Source: Myxococcota bacterium
GTDB lineage: Bacteria; Myxococcota_A; SURF-8
Direction: 5' to 3'
Assembly (NCBI GenBank): GCA_965140415.1
Contig: OZ223209.1
Span: 96,001 to 160,000 of the forward strand
DNA: 64,000 nucleotides
Part shown: positions 1 through 9,511 of the stretch, in pieces
Layout of the letters: the number at the start of each line of letters is the position of its first letter
Position numbering within the stretch: the first letter of the stretch is position 1
Translations under genes and position numbers: made by a program
Notes under the pieces: model-generated
Told to the model about the DNA's origin: nothing
Seen by the model: the letters and a program-made list of their open reading frames with translations, nothing else
The model's database searches: none

Positions 1-930
1 TAATTCCCGGTCGTAGCGGGCAGAAAAACTGCGAAGCCGTATCCAAGCCGTATCCCCCTGAATTTCAAATGAATAAACCGGTGGATCAGCAGGCGGATTC
101 TCTTTTTTCGCCGTTTCTTCGGCAGAGATCGGAAGCAAGGCATAACGATGATCCCCGCAAATGATCGCCTGTGGTGCCGTTTCGCTGTACGCAACCAGCA
201 TCCAGATGGATTGCAACTCGCCGGAAGTCGTTACGCCAAGCGTCCGCCAGGGTTGCGGGATTTGGGGAAAACGCGCCTCAATGGAGTCCTTTTCCCAGCG
301 ACAGGAAATGTCACTCGGAACTTCTTGATCCGGCGCAAGATCGAGACGCAGCAACTTTCGTTGCCAACCGGTTCGGCTTATTTCGCGATCCAACGCCTGG
401 ACGTGTATCGGTTGAAAGTGCCGATCCCCGAACGCAAAGCGCCAGCGGGCGAGAAAGTCGCCCAGCGCGTCACCCAAAGAGATCGTCCCGCTTTTAGAAA
501 ATCGCTCGATGGATGCCTGGAAAAGACTGTGAATCCGGGCCGTTTCCGCTTCACGCCGGGACTCGTGAAAAGGATACATGCGCATCAGGGCAAATTCCAG
601 CGCTTGAAAATCCGCAGCCAGATCGTCGCCAGAAAATGGGGTATTTGTGGACGAAGAAGCAGACTTGCACCAGGACTTCAGCCCTTCGCCATTCGGATTC
701 AATAGAAACGGCGTCGTCAACCGGCCAGCAGGAGGAAGATAGATATGCTCCGGGCTCGCATTGGCCCATGACGCATCGACCGCATCGGAAGGTACAGAGG
801 GTTTGACATCCCGGCAGCCAAAGCAAAGCAGGCTGCAACATAGCAAAGCAAATCCAAACAATGACTTCAAGAATAATCCCCTTTCTTGCCTTTTCGGGTT
901 CAAACTGGCCAGACGCGAAAGGATTGTCAT
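1..930 (-). CDS. Lipoprotein, probable S41-family peptidase (runs off the left edge; not in the ORF track)
   Basis: Manual translation gives an open frame from ATG 930 (or TTG 870 after AAGGGG) to base 1. It has a lipobox-like LLCFGC and ends in GDTAWIRLRSFSARYDREL, resembling the start of the S41 catalytic domain. Confidence 0.6.
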   Translation of the reverse strand, partial: MTILSRLASLNPKRQERGLFLKSLFGFALLCCSLLCFGCRDVKPSVPSDAVDASWANASPEHIYLPPAGRLTTPFLLNPNGEGLKSWCKSASSSTNTPFSGDDLAADFQALEFALMRMYPFHESRREAETARIHSLFQASIERFSKSGTISLGDALGDFLARWRFAFGDRHFQPIHVQALDREISRTGWQRKLLRLDLAPDQEVPSDISCRWEKDSIEARFPQIPQPWRTLGVTTSGELQSIWMLVAYSETAPQAIICGDHRYALLPISAEETAKKENPPADPPVYSFEIQGDTAWIRLRSFSARYDREL

Positions 931-968
931 CAATCTCACGGAGCTTGTCAACCGTTGAAGGCAACGCC

Positions 969-1556
969 CATGGCGATTGCGTTCTAGCGATCTACGGGAA
1001 TTAATTTGGCCTTTCGATTATCCTATAGTGAGAAAAGGCGCATGCATGCCAACGAAACCATCGCAAAATTATGAAAGGAGCCGCGCCATGACGGTTTCAG
1101 CGGATCGTTCTCTTTTTTAATCGACTCCCTTTTCCAGGATCTTTTCGACGCTTTCCAGCGTATTCCTGACCCGAGACGTGGCCAAGGGCAGCGACACAAG
1201 TTGGCCGGTCTTTTACTTGGTTATACCGCCGCCATGCTTTGCAACGGTCACCAACCATTATGCTCTATCCAGCTTGCCCGCCGACGCACAATCATTATTC
1301 TCCATTCATCTGAACCATTGGTCAATCGAAACCTCATTCTCGATCAAAGACGCCGCTTTGAAAGAGGATCGACACGCGCTTCAGTCCCCCAATGCGGCCC
1401 TGCTAACGTCGATGCTGAGATCTCAGGTTTTTGGCTCTGCTTCAAAGATTACGGGGAAAAGCCGGATTCGCAAAAACATTGCGCGCGCTGGTTATGGACT
1501 CTACTCCCATTTGGAGCGCCATTCTAAAACTTGGAAAATAGAATGCAATCGCCATG
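969..1556 (+). mobile_element. Internally deleted ISAs1-family element (non-autonomous, 588 bp)
   Basis: 18-bp inverted repeats at 969-986 (CATGGCGATTGCGTTCTA) and 1539-1556 (TAGAATGCAATCGCCATG), one mismatch. The interior has the ISAs1 N-terminal motif FQRIPDPRRGQGQRHKL joined out of frame near 1243 to the C-terminal HWSIE...KD...EDR...NAA..LR. Confidence 0.8.
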
Positions 1557-1573
1557 GAATGTGGAAGCGAATG

Positions 1574-1602
1574 TTGACAGCGGATCGGTGGGCGATTAAA
1601 CT
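1574..1602 (+). promoter_or_regulatory. Sigma70-type promoter for the 1658 gene
   Basis: TTGACA-17 nt-TAAACT about 55 bp upstream of the ATG. Confidence 0.45.
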
Positions 1603-1657
1603 GTTTTAACGTAGTTGTGATTCGCTTCGACCATCTCATTTCCTGAAAGAGGATGTC

Positions 1658-3724
1658 ATGCTGGGCAAGAAATGGAGTTTGTTTTCGTGTATGATCGCGC
1701 TTGTGTTTTTACTGGCGCTGGGACTGCTCTCCGGTTGCGGCGGCGATGATACGTCGGGTGTCGATGGAGATGAGCCGATCGACGGCGATGACGCGCGCAA
1801 GCCCTGCCTGACCGATGCCGATTGCGAAATCGGCCAGATCTGTGGCACGGATGCGTATTGTCGCGACACGGGGAACGTAACACCTGGCGACGAGGACGGA
1901 ATCGACGAAGATCCGACCAAGACGCTGCGATTCACGCCGGGCAATACCATCGATCTGGGCGAAGTGGAACTGACCGCTCAACGCAGTACGCCCATTACCA
2001 TTTACAACGATGGCAACAGCACGCTACATCTCTATGATACCAACTGGTTGGAGCCGCAGGCGGTGGAAGACAATCCCTTCTCTTTAGACGGCTATCTGGA
2101 AGCTGCCGTTCAGCCGGGTAGTTCCTTCCAGTTCGAAATCGTATTGAATCCGCTGGAACTCGGAGAGATTACGGCGGTGTTGGAATTGAACAACGATTCC
2201 GACAATATGGATACCTTCCAGATTACCCTGACAGCTACAATCGTGGAGCCGAGCGGACAGGCCAACATCGGATCCTACCCGGAAACTGTCGCGTTCGGCG
2301 ATGTCCCGGCGGGTAGTCGCAAACGCATTCAGTTGTATATCGGTAACGACAGCGAAGTGCAGAGCCAGTTGCTGATTACCGGGCTGGCGCTGCAAACCGG
2401 CACGCCGTACGAACTGGTGCCGGAATTGGAACCTTCCGAAGACGATCCGGTGGAACTGAACAAAGGGGAATCGTTGACGATCGATGTCTGGATGCGAGCC
2501 ACCCAGGCCGGCAACTATACGGACAAGGTGCTCTGCTTCTACCACACCAACACCAACCCCGACACCCAGACCTTCGAAGTACCGATCACCGGGAAAGCGG
2601 TTGTCGGCGCGCTGCTGGCGCGTCCCAGCGAAATGCTGTTCGAAACCGTGCCGCTGGGCGGCGAAAAACCGCTGACGCTGGATCTCACCAATGCCCTGGC
2701 CGAGAGCGTCACATTGACCGAAATTCGCGTTACCGACGGCCAAAGCAGCCTGTGCGATGACTTCTTCAAATTTGCGGAAGGCGACACGAATCCGGTGGCG
2801 CTGGCTTCGGGTGAAACGCATACAATGACCCTGACCTTCAAACCCACGGCAGTCAAAGCCTATGATTGCGAGTTGACCGTGGCCACCAACTATGAAGGTC
2901 AACGGTTCTACTATCCGGTAACGGGTGAAGGAACGGAACGCAACCAGAAACCGGTAGCGCGCGTGAGCCAGTCGGACAACGGCCCGGACATCACCGCCGA
3001 TTTGGAGGTTCCGGTCGGTTCCGCAGTGGAATTGTTCGGAGACATCAGCTACGACCCCGATGGTCCCAACGAGGCGCTGACTTTCTCCTGGATTCTGGAT
3101 AAGCCGCTCAACTCCAATGCACATATCAACCCGGATACCGTCAGCCCGGTCGTCAACGCCTATATGGATGTGGCCGGGGACTACTCCATCACTTTAACGG
3201 TTACCGACGAAATGAACGAACGCAGCAATCCCAAGCTGGTGCGCGTCACTGCGGTAAGCGGACTGACGACTATCCGCATTGAAATGCGCTTCAGCGGCCT
3301 GACCGGCGCCAGCGACATCGACCTGCGCTGGAGCTTGCCAAGCGGTGCCTTCTGCGATGAAACGCGCGCCAACGCCAGCGGCACTTGCGCCGTGCCGACC
3401 GGGGAAGGCTCCGTGTTGGTGCAGGCTTGTGCAGCGGCTTCGCAGGGTTGTACCAGCGAATCGATTTCGCATGCCATGGCTCCCGACGGCAGATACACGA
3501 TCAGCGCCATCTTCGACGAAGACTGCCCCGGCGACATTCCGATCATCGGCGATTGCACCTTGGGTGTCGGCACACAGGACGTCGACTACGACATTTACAT
3601 TTACGTCGATTCGCAGCTGACCTACCAGATGACCGGCGAGCATTTCTCCGATGAAGGCGACATGAAGAGCTGGACCATCGTTCAGGAGAACGGGCAGTGG
3701 AGTCCGCCGGTGCTGGCGAACTGA
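1658..3724 (+). CDS. Surface lipoprotein with tandem Ig-like (choice-of-anchor D/ASH-type) and PKD-like domains
   Basis: Lipobox LSGC, DGD-rich linker and a short Cys-rich motif. Three '(v)xFG.V..G....l.i.N' Ig-like repeats are followed by 'NQKPVA...SYDPDG...F.W...G.Y.ITLTVTD' (PKD-like). Confidence 0.75.
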   Translation: MLGKKWSLFSCMIALVFLLALGLLSGCGGDDTSGVDGDEPIDGDDARKPCLTDADCEIGQICGTDAYCRDTGNVTPGDEDGIDEDPTKTLRFTPGNTIDLGEVELTAQRSTPITIYNDGNSTLHLYDTNWLEPQAVEDNPFSLDGYLEAAVQPGSSFQFEIVLNPLELGEITAVLELNNDSDNMDTFQITLTATIVEPSGQANIGSYPETVAFGDVPAGSRKRIQLYIGNDSEVQSQLLITGLALQTGTPYELVPELEPSEDDPVELNKGESLTIDVWMRATQAGNYTDKVLCFYHTNTNPDTQTFEVPITGKAVVGALLARPSEMLFETVPLGGEKPLTLDLTNALAESVTLTEIRVTDGQSSLCDDFFKFAEGDTNPVALASGETHTMTLTFKPTAVKAYDCELTVATNYEGQRFYYPVTGEGTERNQKPVARVSQSDNGPDITADLEVPVGSAVELFGDISYDPDGPNEALTFSWILDKPLNSNAHINPDTVSPVVNAYMDVAGDYSITLTVTDEMNERSNPKLVRVTAVSGLTTIRIEMRFSGLTGASDIDLRWSLPSGAFCDETRANASGTCAVPTGEGSVLVQACAAASQGCTSESISHAMAPDGRYTISAIFDEDCPGDIPIIGDCTLGVGTQDVDYDIYIYVDSQLTYQMTGEHFSDEGDMKSWTIVQENGQWSPPVLAN

Positions 3725-3732
3725 TCTTCCCA

Positions 3733-3870
3733 ATTGCTGAGTCGTTCTTAGCGGTAAAACCTATTTGATTCCTATAACGGCGGAGCGTAAGCCCGCCGTT
3801 TTGATGGTGTTTTTCGGCGGGCTCACGCCTCGCCGCTACAAGAAAACATCGCTAAAAATGGATAATAACC
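3733..3870. repeat. TIR-framed REP-like doublet, family A copy 1
   Basis: Inner palindromic doublet 3774-3839 (GGCGGAGCGTAAGCCCGCCG...CGGCGGGCTCACGCCTCGCCGCTAC), nearly identical to 35693-35759. Outer 23-bp inverted repeats at 3733-3755 and 3848-3870. Confidence 0.7.
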
Positions 3871-3988
3871 CACTCACGCCTGTCCAAGATAAGTTTTTGA
3901 GTTGAATAAGAAGCACCCGCCTTTGGGTTGTGTCAGAATCGGATTGATGGATTCGGTTCGTTCACAGACCACAAAGGAGGGCCATCTC

Positions 3989-4675
3989 ATGTTAAGAGTC
4001 GCCAGCCTTTTCAGTCAACTGCTTTCTCTCTTTCCCAGGCTCGAATTCGAGCAATTGGTAAAAATGCACAACGCCCAGCGCGCTACCAAGGGATTCGATT
4101 GCTGGCCCCAATTTGTCTCCATGCTGTTCTGTCAGTTGGCACAGGCCAAAAGTTTGCGCGAAATATCCGGCGGTCTGCAATGCTGTCTGGGAAAACTCTC
4201 CCACCATGGCGTCAAAGCCGCGCCAAAACGCTCCACGCTCTCCTACGCCAATGCCCACCGCCCCTGGGAACTGTATCGAGATCTGTTTTACAAGATGGCC
4301 GACCGTTGTCGCGCCTATGCGCCACACAAACAATTTCGCTTTAAAAACCGTCTGTTCTCGCTCGACTCCACGCTCATCAAACTCTGCCTCTCGCTTTTCC
4401 CCTGGGCCAGCTACCGTCAGACCAAAGGCGTGATCAAACTCCATCTCCTGCTCGATCACGATGGATACTTTCCCGTTTTCGCCGCCATTACATCCACAAA
4501 AATGCACGACGTGAAACTTGCCCAGATCATGCGATTCCCCAAAAGCTCCATCCTGGCCATGGACATGGGCTATACGGATTACGAACTCTACGACAAGTGG
4601 ACCACGCAAGATGTGTACTTCGTCACCCGTCGCATAGCGGGTGGTTCTATGTTTCGCACTTACGTGCTCAACTGA
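3989..4675 (+). pseudogene. 3'-truncated IS4-family transposase (DUF4372 + partial DDE)
   Basis: MLRVASLFSQLL...QFVSMLFCQL...SLREI...STLSYAN...DSTLI.LC...KLH...D.GY.DY...YFVTR, after which similarity ends abruptly near 4630. RBS AAGGAGG. A probable left end lies near 3875; no right end found. Confidence 0.85.
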
Positions 4676-4694
4676 CTAAAGTCTATAAAACAAA

Positions 4695-4721
4695 TGGTTC
4701 AAGACAGGAGCCTTGAACCAT
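4695..4721. terminator. Hairpin downstream of the convergent 4769-5530 gene
   Basis: ATGGTTCAAG...CTTGAACCAT, with an A-run on its left that reads as a U-tract on the minus strand. Confidence 0.45.
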
Positions 4722-4768
4722 CCAAACCAATTGAAACCGGTGAAAAAAACGGAGTTGCTTAAATCCCG

Positions 4769-5530
4769 TCAGGGACAACTTTCGTTGACGGCGCGCGGCG
4801 TGCCGAAGTCGCCATTGGTCATGGCGGTGGTGGAGTAGAACCAGTTTGCCATATCATCGTTATCGTTGGGATCTTCCTTACCCGCACATAAAGACAGGCT
4901 TGCGCCCTTCACCGGGGTGACGGCCATGGTTTCTTCGTCGTAAAAAACCTGATCCACGAGTTGATCGTTGCACATCAGCACCACGCCGTCGCTGCTGTTG
5001 CTCAGATTGTAGGTGCCCCACTCCCAGTCCGGATCGACATCGTCAGTCAATTCGATGCTGCGTACGATACCGAAAATCAGGTAGTCACCCGCCGCAACAT
5101 CCAACGAACCGGTGATCAAAGTGCGATGGTCGCTCTTGCTATCTTCGAAAGTGCAGCCGGTCAAGGTTACGGTACGCTGACCGATATTGAGCAGTTCTAC
5201 CCATTCGCCGTCATCGTCGCTGACAGCCAGTGAATCGTACATCAATTCGGTGAAAATCAATTCTCCGAATAAGGGGCGATTTTCATCGTAGGCGGGTGGC
5301 AGTTCGCCATCGCCATCGGTGTTCGTGTCGCCGTCCACACTGTTGTCGCCATCGGGTTCGTTATCGCCATCGGTGTTGTTGTCGCCATCAGCAATCTGAT
5401 CGCCGTCCGTATCGCCATCTTCGGTATCATCGTCACCGCCACAAGCAGGCAGCAACAGGACCAGAAACAACACCAGCACGATCAGGTGAAGTCGATTGAC
5501 AGGCAAACAAGTTAGTGAAAGACGATTCAT
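4769..5530 (-). CDS. Lamin-tail-domain lipoprotein
   Basis: Lipobox LPAC, DGD repeats, LTD motifs 'LIFTELMYD...GEWVELLN', 'L.NSSDGV.L', 'GTP.AVN'. Confidence 0.8.
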   Translation of the reverse strand: MNRLSLTCLPVNRLHLIVLVLFLVLLLPACGGDDDTEDGDTDGDQIADGDNNTDGDNEPDGDNSVDGDTNTDGDGELPPAYDENRPLFGELIFTELMYDSLAVSDDDGEWVELLNIGQRTVTLTGCTFEDSKSDHRTLITGSLDVAAGDYLIFGIVRSIELTDDVDPDWEWGTYNLSNSSDGVVLMCNDQLVDQVFYDEETMAVTPVKGASLSLCAGKEDPNDNDDMANWFYSTTAMTNGDFGTPRAVNESCP

Positions 5531-5744
5531 GGTTTATCCTCGAAAAACGGTTAATGAAACCAAAAACAAGAGTTTAGTATAGCAAAAACACAAATGTCTG
5601 TCCCTAACATTTTCCTAACTTTATTGTAAGCATTGTAGTGTCTTGGAGAGTTCGGATGCAGCACGGAAAATTGCAGTATCCATTAATTGTGATGATCCTT
5701 TACATTATATCTTGTGTTACAGCCGATGAGTTCCGAAATCGACT

Positions 5745-7352
5745 CTAGCGGCACACCCAAACCTGCTGCGAGTAGGTTTCACGGCATTCCGCATCCGAAT
5801 TGCAACCCAGCCAGAAGCAGTACCCGTTTCGGCAGGCGTAGTTGTTCGCATCGGTGATGGGGCTGCTCGATGCCGCAATGCAGTCGGTTGAAGTGCTGCA
5901 GGTTTGCAGGCACTGCTTCATGCCGGTGTTGTAGTAGTCGCTGCATTCCCAGTTGGAACCGTTGTTACTTGCCTGACATTCCTGAGTATTGTTGCAGCCT
6001 GTCCAGCGACAGACACCCGCCCGGCAGGCATAGTTGTCCTCATCGTAAGCACCGCTGGAATTTGCAGTCACGCAATCCGCCGCCGTGCGACAGCCATAGG
6101 CGCAGTAGCTGTACTCCAGGCCGTTGTTTTCATCGCAGACCCAACCATAAGGCGCACCGGCCATATCGCATTCCGCGTCGTTCATGCAACCGATGTACTG
6201 ACAGGCGTTGTTTTCACAGGCATAGTTGTTTTCATCATAGGCGGCAGGCATGTACTCGTTGGTGCAGTCGCTCACACTGGAACAGGTCTGTAAGCAGCTT
6301 TTCGCATGAACGAAGCACACGCCCCCTTCGCTGCATTCCCAGTTCGTATCGCAAGTGCCGCAGCTTCCGCCGCAACCGTCGTCCCCACATTCACGACCAG
6401 TGCAACTGGGATCGCAGTCCAGCGTGCAGATGCCGTCCTCACAGAAATAGCCGTTGTCGCAAGTTCCACAGCTCCCGCCACAGCCATCGTCACCACATTC
6501 ACGATCCGTGCAACTGGGATCGCAGTCCAGCGTGCAGATGCCGTCCTCACAGAAATAGCCGTTGTCACAAGTCCCACAGCTTTCCCCGCAGCCGTCGTCA
6601 CCGCATTCACGATCAGTGCAGTCGGGTGTGCAGGAAAGTACGCAGGTTCCATTTGCACATTGCTCCGAGGGCGGACAATCTCCGCAACTGCCACCGCAGC
6701 CATCCTCGCCGCATTCCATATTGGTGCAATCCGGCGTACAGGTTTGCTGGCATTGACCCTGCACGCAATACCAATTCTCGGCGCAGTTTCCGCAGGAACC
6801 ACCACAGCCATCGTCGCCGCACTCTCGCCCGCCGCATTGTGCTTCACAGTACTCTTCGCAACTTCGCGAAACACAATACCAGTCCGTGGGACATTGACCG
6901 CAACTGCCACCGCAACCGTCGTCGCCGCAATCAGCATCCGTGCAATCCGGCACACAGACAACGTGACAGCTTCCGTCTACGCACTGTTTTGAATCGTCAC
7001 AGTTTCCACAACTGCCACCACAGCCATCATCGCCACATTCAAGCCCGCTGCAATCCGGTTGACAGGGTGCTTGATCTTCATCGCCATCCGTCGGCTGCAC
7101 CGAGTCACCATCGGTCGGCGGATAAGGATTGATTGGCGTCCAGCCCTTGCAGTCGCCACAATCGCTCCAGCCCATGCCGTCCGCGTCGCAACTCTGACTG
7201 CCGCTGGTGCCGTCGGAGCAGGTGCAGTCTCGTTCGTTGCCCGCTTCGCACAATGGTTCGGGTTCTTCAAAGGGATCGTCTTCCTTGCAGCAGAGCGTCA
7301 GCACGGAAACGGAAAGCAGGACCAGCAGCAGTAGGGCATTTCGGATCGTCAT
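5745..7352 (-). CDS. Cys-rich repeat lipoprotein
   Basis: Signal peptide ending in CC. Seven 'ECGDDGCGGSCG.C' type repeats of about 36 aa, then three 'Y...NYAC..G.C...GCN...EC' repeats. Confidence 0.8.
   Translation of the reverse strand: MTIRNALLLLVLLSVSVLTLCCKEDDPFEEPEPLCEAGNERDCTCSDGTSGSQSCDADGMGWSDCGDCKGWTPINPYPPTDGDSVQPTDGDEDQAPCQPDCSGLECGDDGCGGSCGNCDDSKQCVDGSCHVVCVPDCTDADCGDDGCGGSCGQCPTDWYCVSRSCEEYCEAQCGGRECGDDGCGGSCGNCAENWYCVQGQCQQTCTPDCTNMECGEDGCGGSCGDCPPSEQCANGTCVLSCTPDCTDRECGDDGCGESCGTCDNGYFCEDGICTLDCDPSCTDRECGDDGCGGSCGTCDNGYFCEDGICTLDCDPSCTGRECGDDGCGGSCGTCDTNWECSEGGVCFVHAKSCLQTCSSVSDCTNEYMPAAYDENNYACENNACQYIGCMNDAECDMAGAPYGWVCDENNGLEYSYCAYGCRTAADCVTANSSGAYDEDNYACRAGVCRWTGCNNTQECQASNNGSNWECSDYYNTGMKQCLQTCSTSTDCIAASSSPITDANNYACRNGYCFWLGCNSDAECRETYSQQVWVCR
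6400..6566. repeat. Recent 108-bp-period intragenic duplication
   Basis: Identical 59-bp blocks at 6400-6458 and 6508-6566 (one 36-aa Cys repeat unit apart). Confidence 0.85.
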
Positions 7353-7398
7353 TACTTCCTCATCGTTTTGACTTATTCAAGCGTGGGCAAACGCAGGT

Positions 7399-9171
7399 TT
7401 ACCACTCCTCGCTGATGAAACCATAGTAGCGGCCCATCCAGTACGGCAACATGTAGTCGCAACCGGTTCGCTCTTCGCCGGAATCCGAGCCGCCGTCCAG
7501 CGCGAAGGGGTTGCGGTGCCACATGACCATATCGGGCAGATGCAGATAGGATGGCAAGGGGTAGAGCGCCTCTTCCAGGTTATCCGGGTTCTTTTCGATG
7601 TCGGGATTTTCCGAGTTGGTGAAGCGGCGGTCGCGCAAGGGTGCTTCGGGAAACACCACAATCTGCCATAGAGCATAATAGAGCGACCGTGCATCCTGTT
7701 CGCCGGTGGCGCTGAGATACCAGGTGGTTTTAACCGGATTATGTTCCTTGATGCCACGCCGGTTGGGGGTTTCGTCCTCCGGATTGAGCCACAGCGTATC
7801 CTTAAACAGTTCGGAGAAATGCTGTTTCAATTCGGGATCCTGCTCGAAGCGCGTCAGCATCCAGTAATTTTCGAAGGCCATGTAGGTGTTGTACCACTTG
7901 GTGCCGTAACCCATATACACCCACTGATAATCCTTCAACATGGTGTCGTAGTTTTCATTGCAGAAAATGGCCGGACGCGACTCGGGCGTGTCGTTCAGTA
8001 GCGACAGCATCTCGTCGCGATAACTTTGCTCGCCGCTGACTTGGTATGCCACGTTTAACCACGCCAGCACACAAACCGCTTCCAGGCCCGAACACAAACC
8101 GGTGCCTTCCCAGTTGCGGGCGTCCAGGTTGCCGTATTGGGTGGGTTCGCCGTCTTTGTCTACGAATTTCAGATCGTTATCGAGTACGTGGTCCACCAGA
8201 TCGGTCAGGAAGTCGCGCGCAGTGGCCCGCAGTTCTTCGTCATCCACCAAGGCATAGGCGGAAGAAACCCCCAACACGCCGCCGGTGGCCTGGTCCTTGC
8301 TGGTATCGCCGTGCCAGTAATAATCGGCGTATTCACCCTCGCCGCGATAGCGCGAGCGATCCTCTTCCGGCCAGAAACCGGTCCATTCGCCGTCTTCCAT
8401 GGGATCGTCTTTGTGAGAGTAGCAGCGCCCGATCAGACCCGGTACGCCGGTCATTTGCTGGAAGAAACGCCAGCCTTCGACCTGCTCCTTGATCAGCGCC
8501 AGGCTTTCCGGCGTCTGCATGACGGCATGTCGGAACGCCATGGCTGTCGTACACTGACCGGACTGAAACGCGCAATCTCCGCAGGTGGACATTTGATAGT
8601 TGCCATCGGTGGCGTCCGGTTGCCGCAGATTGAAAGACAAACCGCCCCAGACGTGACGCCCCTGGTAGACATCCTGGTAATCCTGCGCCCGTTTTGCCAG
8701 TGGTCCAGTGCTTTGGGGATCACCGATGCGAATGCCGAACAGGTTTTCCGCGCGGGTTTCGGTGGCATCGGCCATTGAGATCACGAAATAGTACATGCCT
8801 TGTGCGCTCGGGGTACCCTGCAAATGTCCGCTTGCAGCATCCAGTGTCACTCCCGGCGGCAGTTCGCCCAATTCCACTTTCCAATCGCCGTAGGGCGGCT
8901 CACCACCGGTGGCCGTCAATGCATAATCCAGCACGTCGCCGGAAGCCGTGGTCGGCGGAAAAGCGATCGGCAGAGCCAGAGCCTGGGCTTGTTCTTCATC
9001 CGTATCCTGTTCAGAGACTTCCAGGTCACCGTCTACCGGCGATTCGAGATTCTCTCCGTCGGCGTCGCCATCAATGGGCGGGTCGTCATCCGAATCCGAC
9101 GAGCAGGCCGTAACGCCAACAAACAAACAGGCACACAACGCAACCAGTATCATCCAACGTTTCCGAGTCAT
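7399..9171 (-). CDS. Lipoprotein with a putative Ig (He_PIG-like) domain and a large helical, possibly glycosidase-like domain
   Basis: Lipobox VTAC, DGD linker, 'L.ATGG.PPY..W....G.LPPG.TL....G.L.GTP' Ig motif. Aromatic/acidic-rich C-terminal domain (GDTSKDQ, YMLPYWMGRYYG). Confidence 0.65.
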   Translation of the reverse strand: MTRKRWMILVALCACLFVGVTACSSDSDDDPPIDGDADGENLESPVDGDLEVSEQDTDEEQAQALALPIAFPPTTASGDVLDYALTATGGEPPYGDWKVELGELPPGVTLDAASGHLQGTPSAQGMYYFVISMADATETRAENLFGIRIGDPQSTGPLAKRAQDYQDVYQGRHVWGGLSFNLRQPDATDGNYQMSTCGDCAFQSGQCTTAMAFRHAVMQTPESLALIKEQVEGWRFFQQMTGVPGLIGRCYSHKDDPMEDGEWTGFWPEEDRSRYRGEGEYADYYWHGDTSKDQATGGVLGVSSAYALVDDEELRATARDFLTDLVDHVLDNDLKFVDKDGEPTQYGNLDARNWEGTGLCSGLEAVCVLAWLNVAYQVSGEQSYRDEMLSLLNDTPESRPAIFCNENYDTMLKDYQWVYMGYGTKWYNTYMAFENYWMLTRFEQDPELKQHFSELFKDTLWLNPEDETPNRRGIKEHNPVKTTWYLSATGEQDARSLYYALWQIVVFPEAPLRDRRFTNSENPDIEKNPDNLEEALYPLPSYLHLPDMVMWHRNPFALDGGSDSGEERTGCDYMLPYWMGRYYGFISEEW

Positions 9172-9511
9172 GCGTTCCTCGCTAATTACAGAATGTTAAA
9201 ATCTATCTTCCCTGCGATTCGAGCCGAAGCATACCCGACTCGCAAAACAGGATCAAGAAGAAGCGGTCGATTCCGAACTTTCATCTGGCAGTTCGGCAAA
9301 GTCATTTTACACGGATGCTTCCCCCAAGCTTGACACATTCCGGGAATCCCGCTAGCATCGAAATACCAAACGAAAGTTGAATCGCTGAATATCGCTCCTG
9401 CTGCCGTTGTTTCTGCTGACTGCGACGAGTTGCGCCGTTGATGCGCCTCTGCTGTTTCCAGGCTTCCCGGAGTTCCGGGAGATCCATTACTCGAAGAAAA
9501 GAAGGGACACG

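Noticed and set aside
148-964. ORF-track calls 148..705 (+) and 551..964 (-)
   Set aside because: Shadows of the longer minus-strand lipoprotein frame that runs off the window edge.
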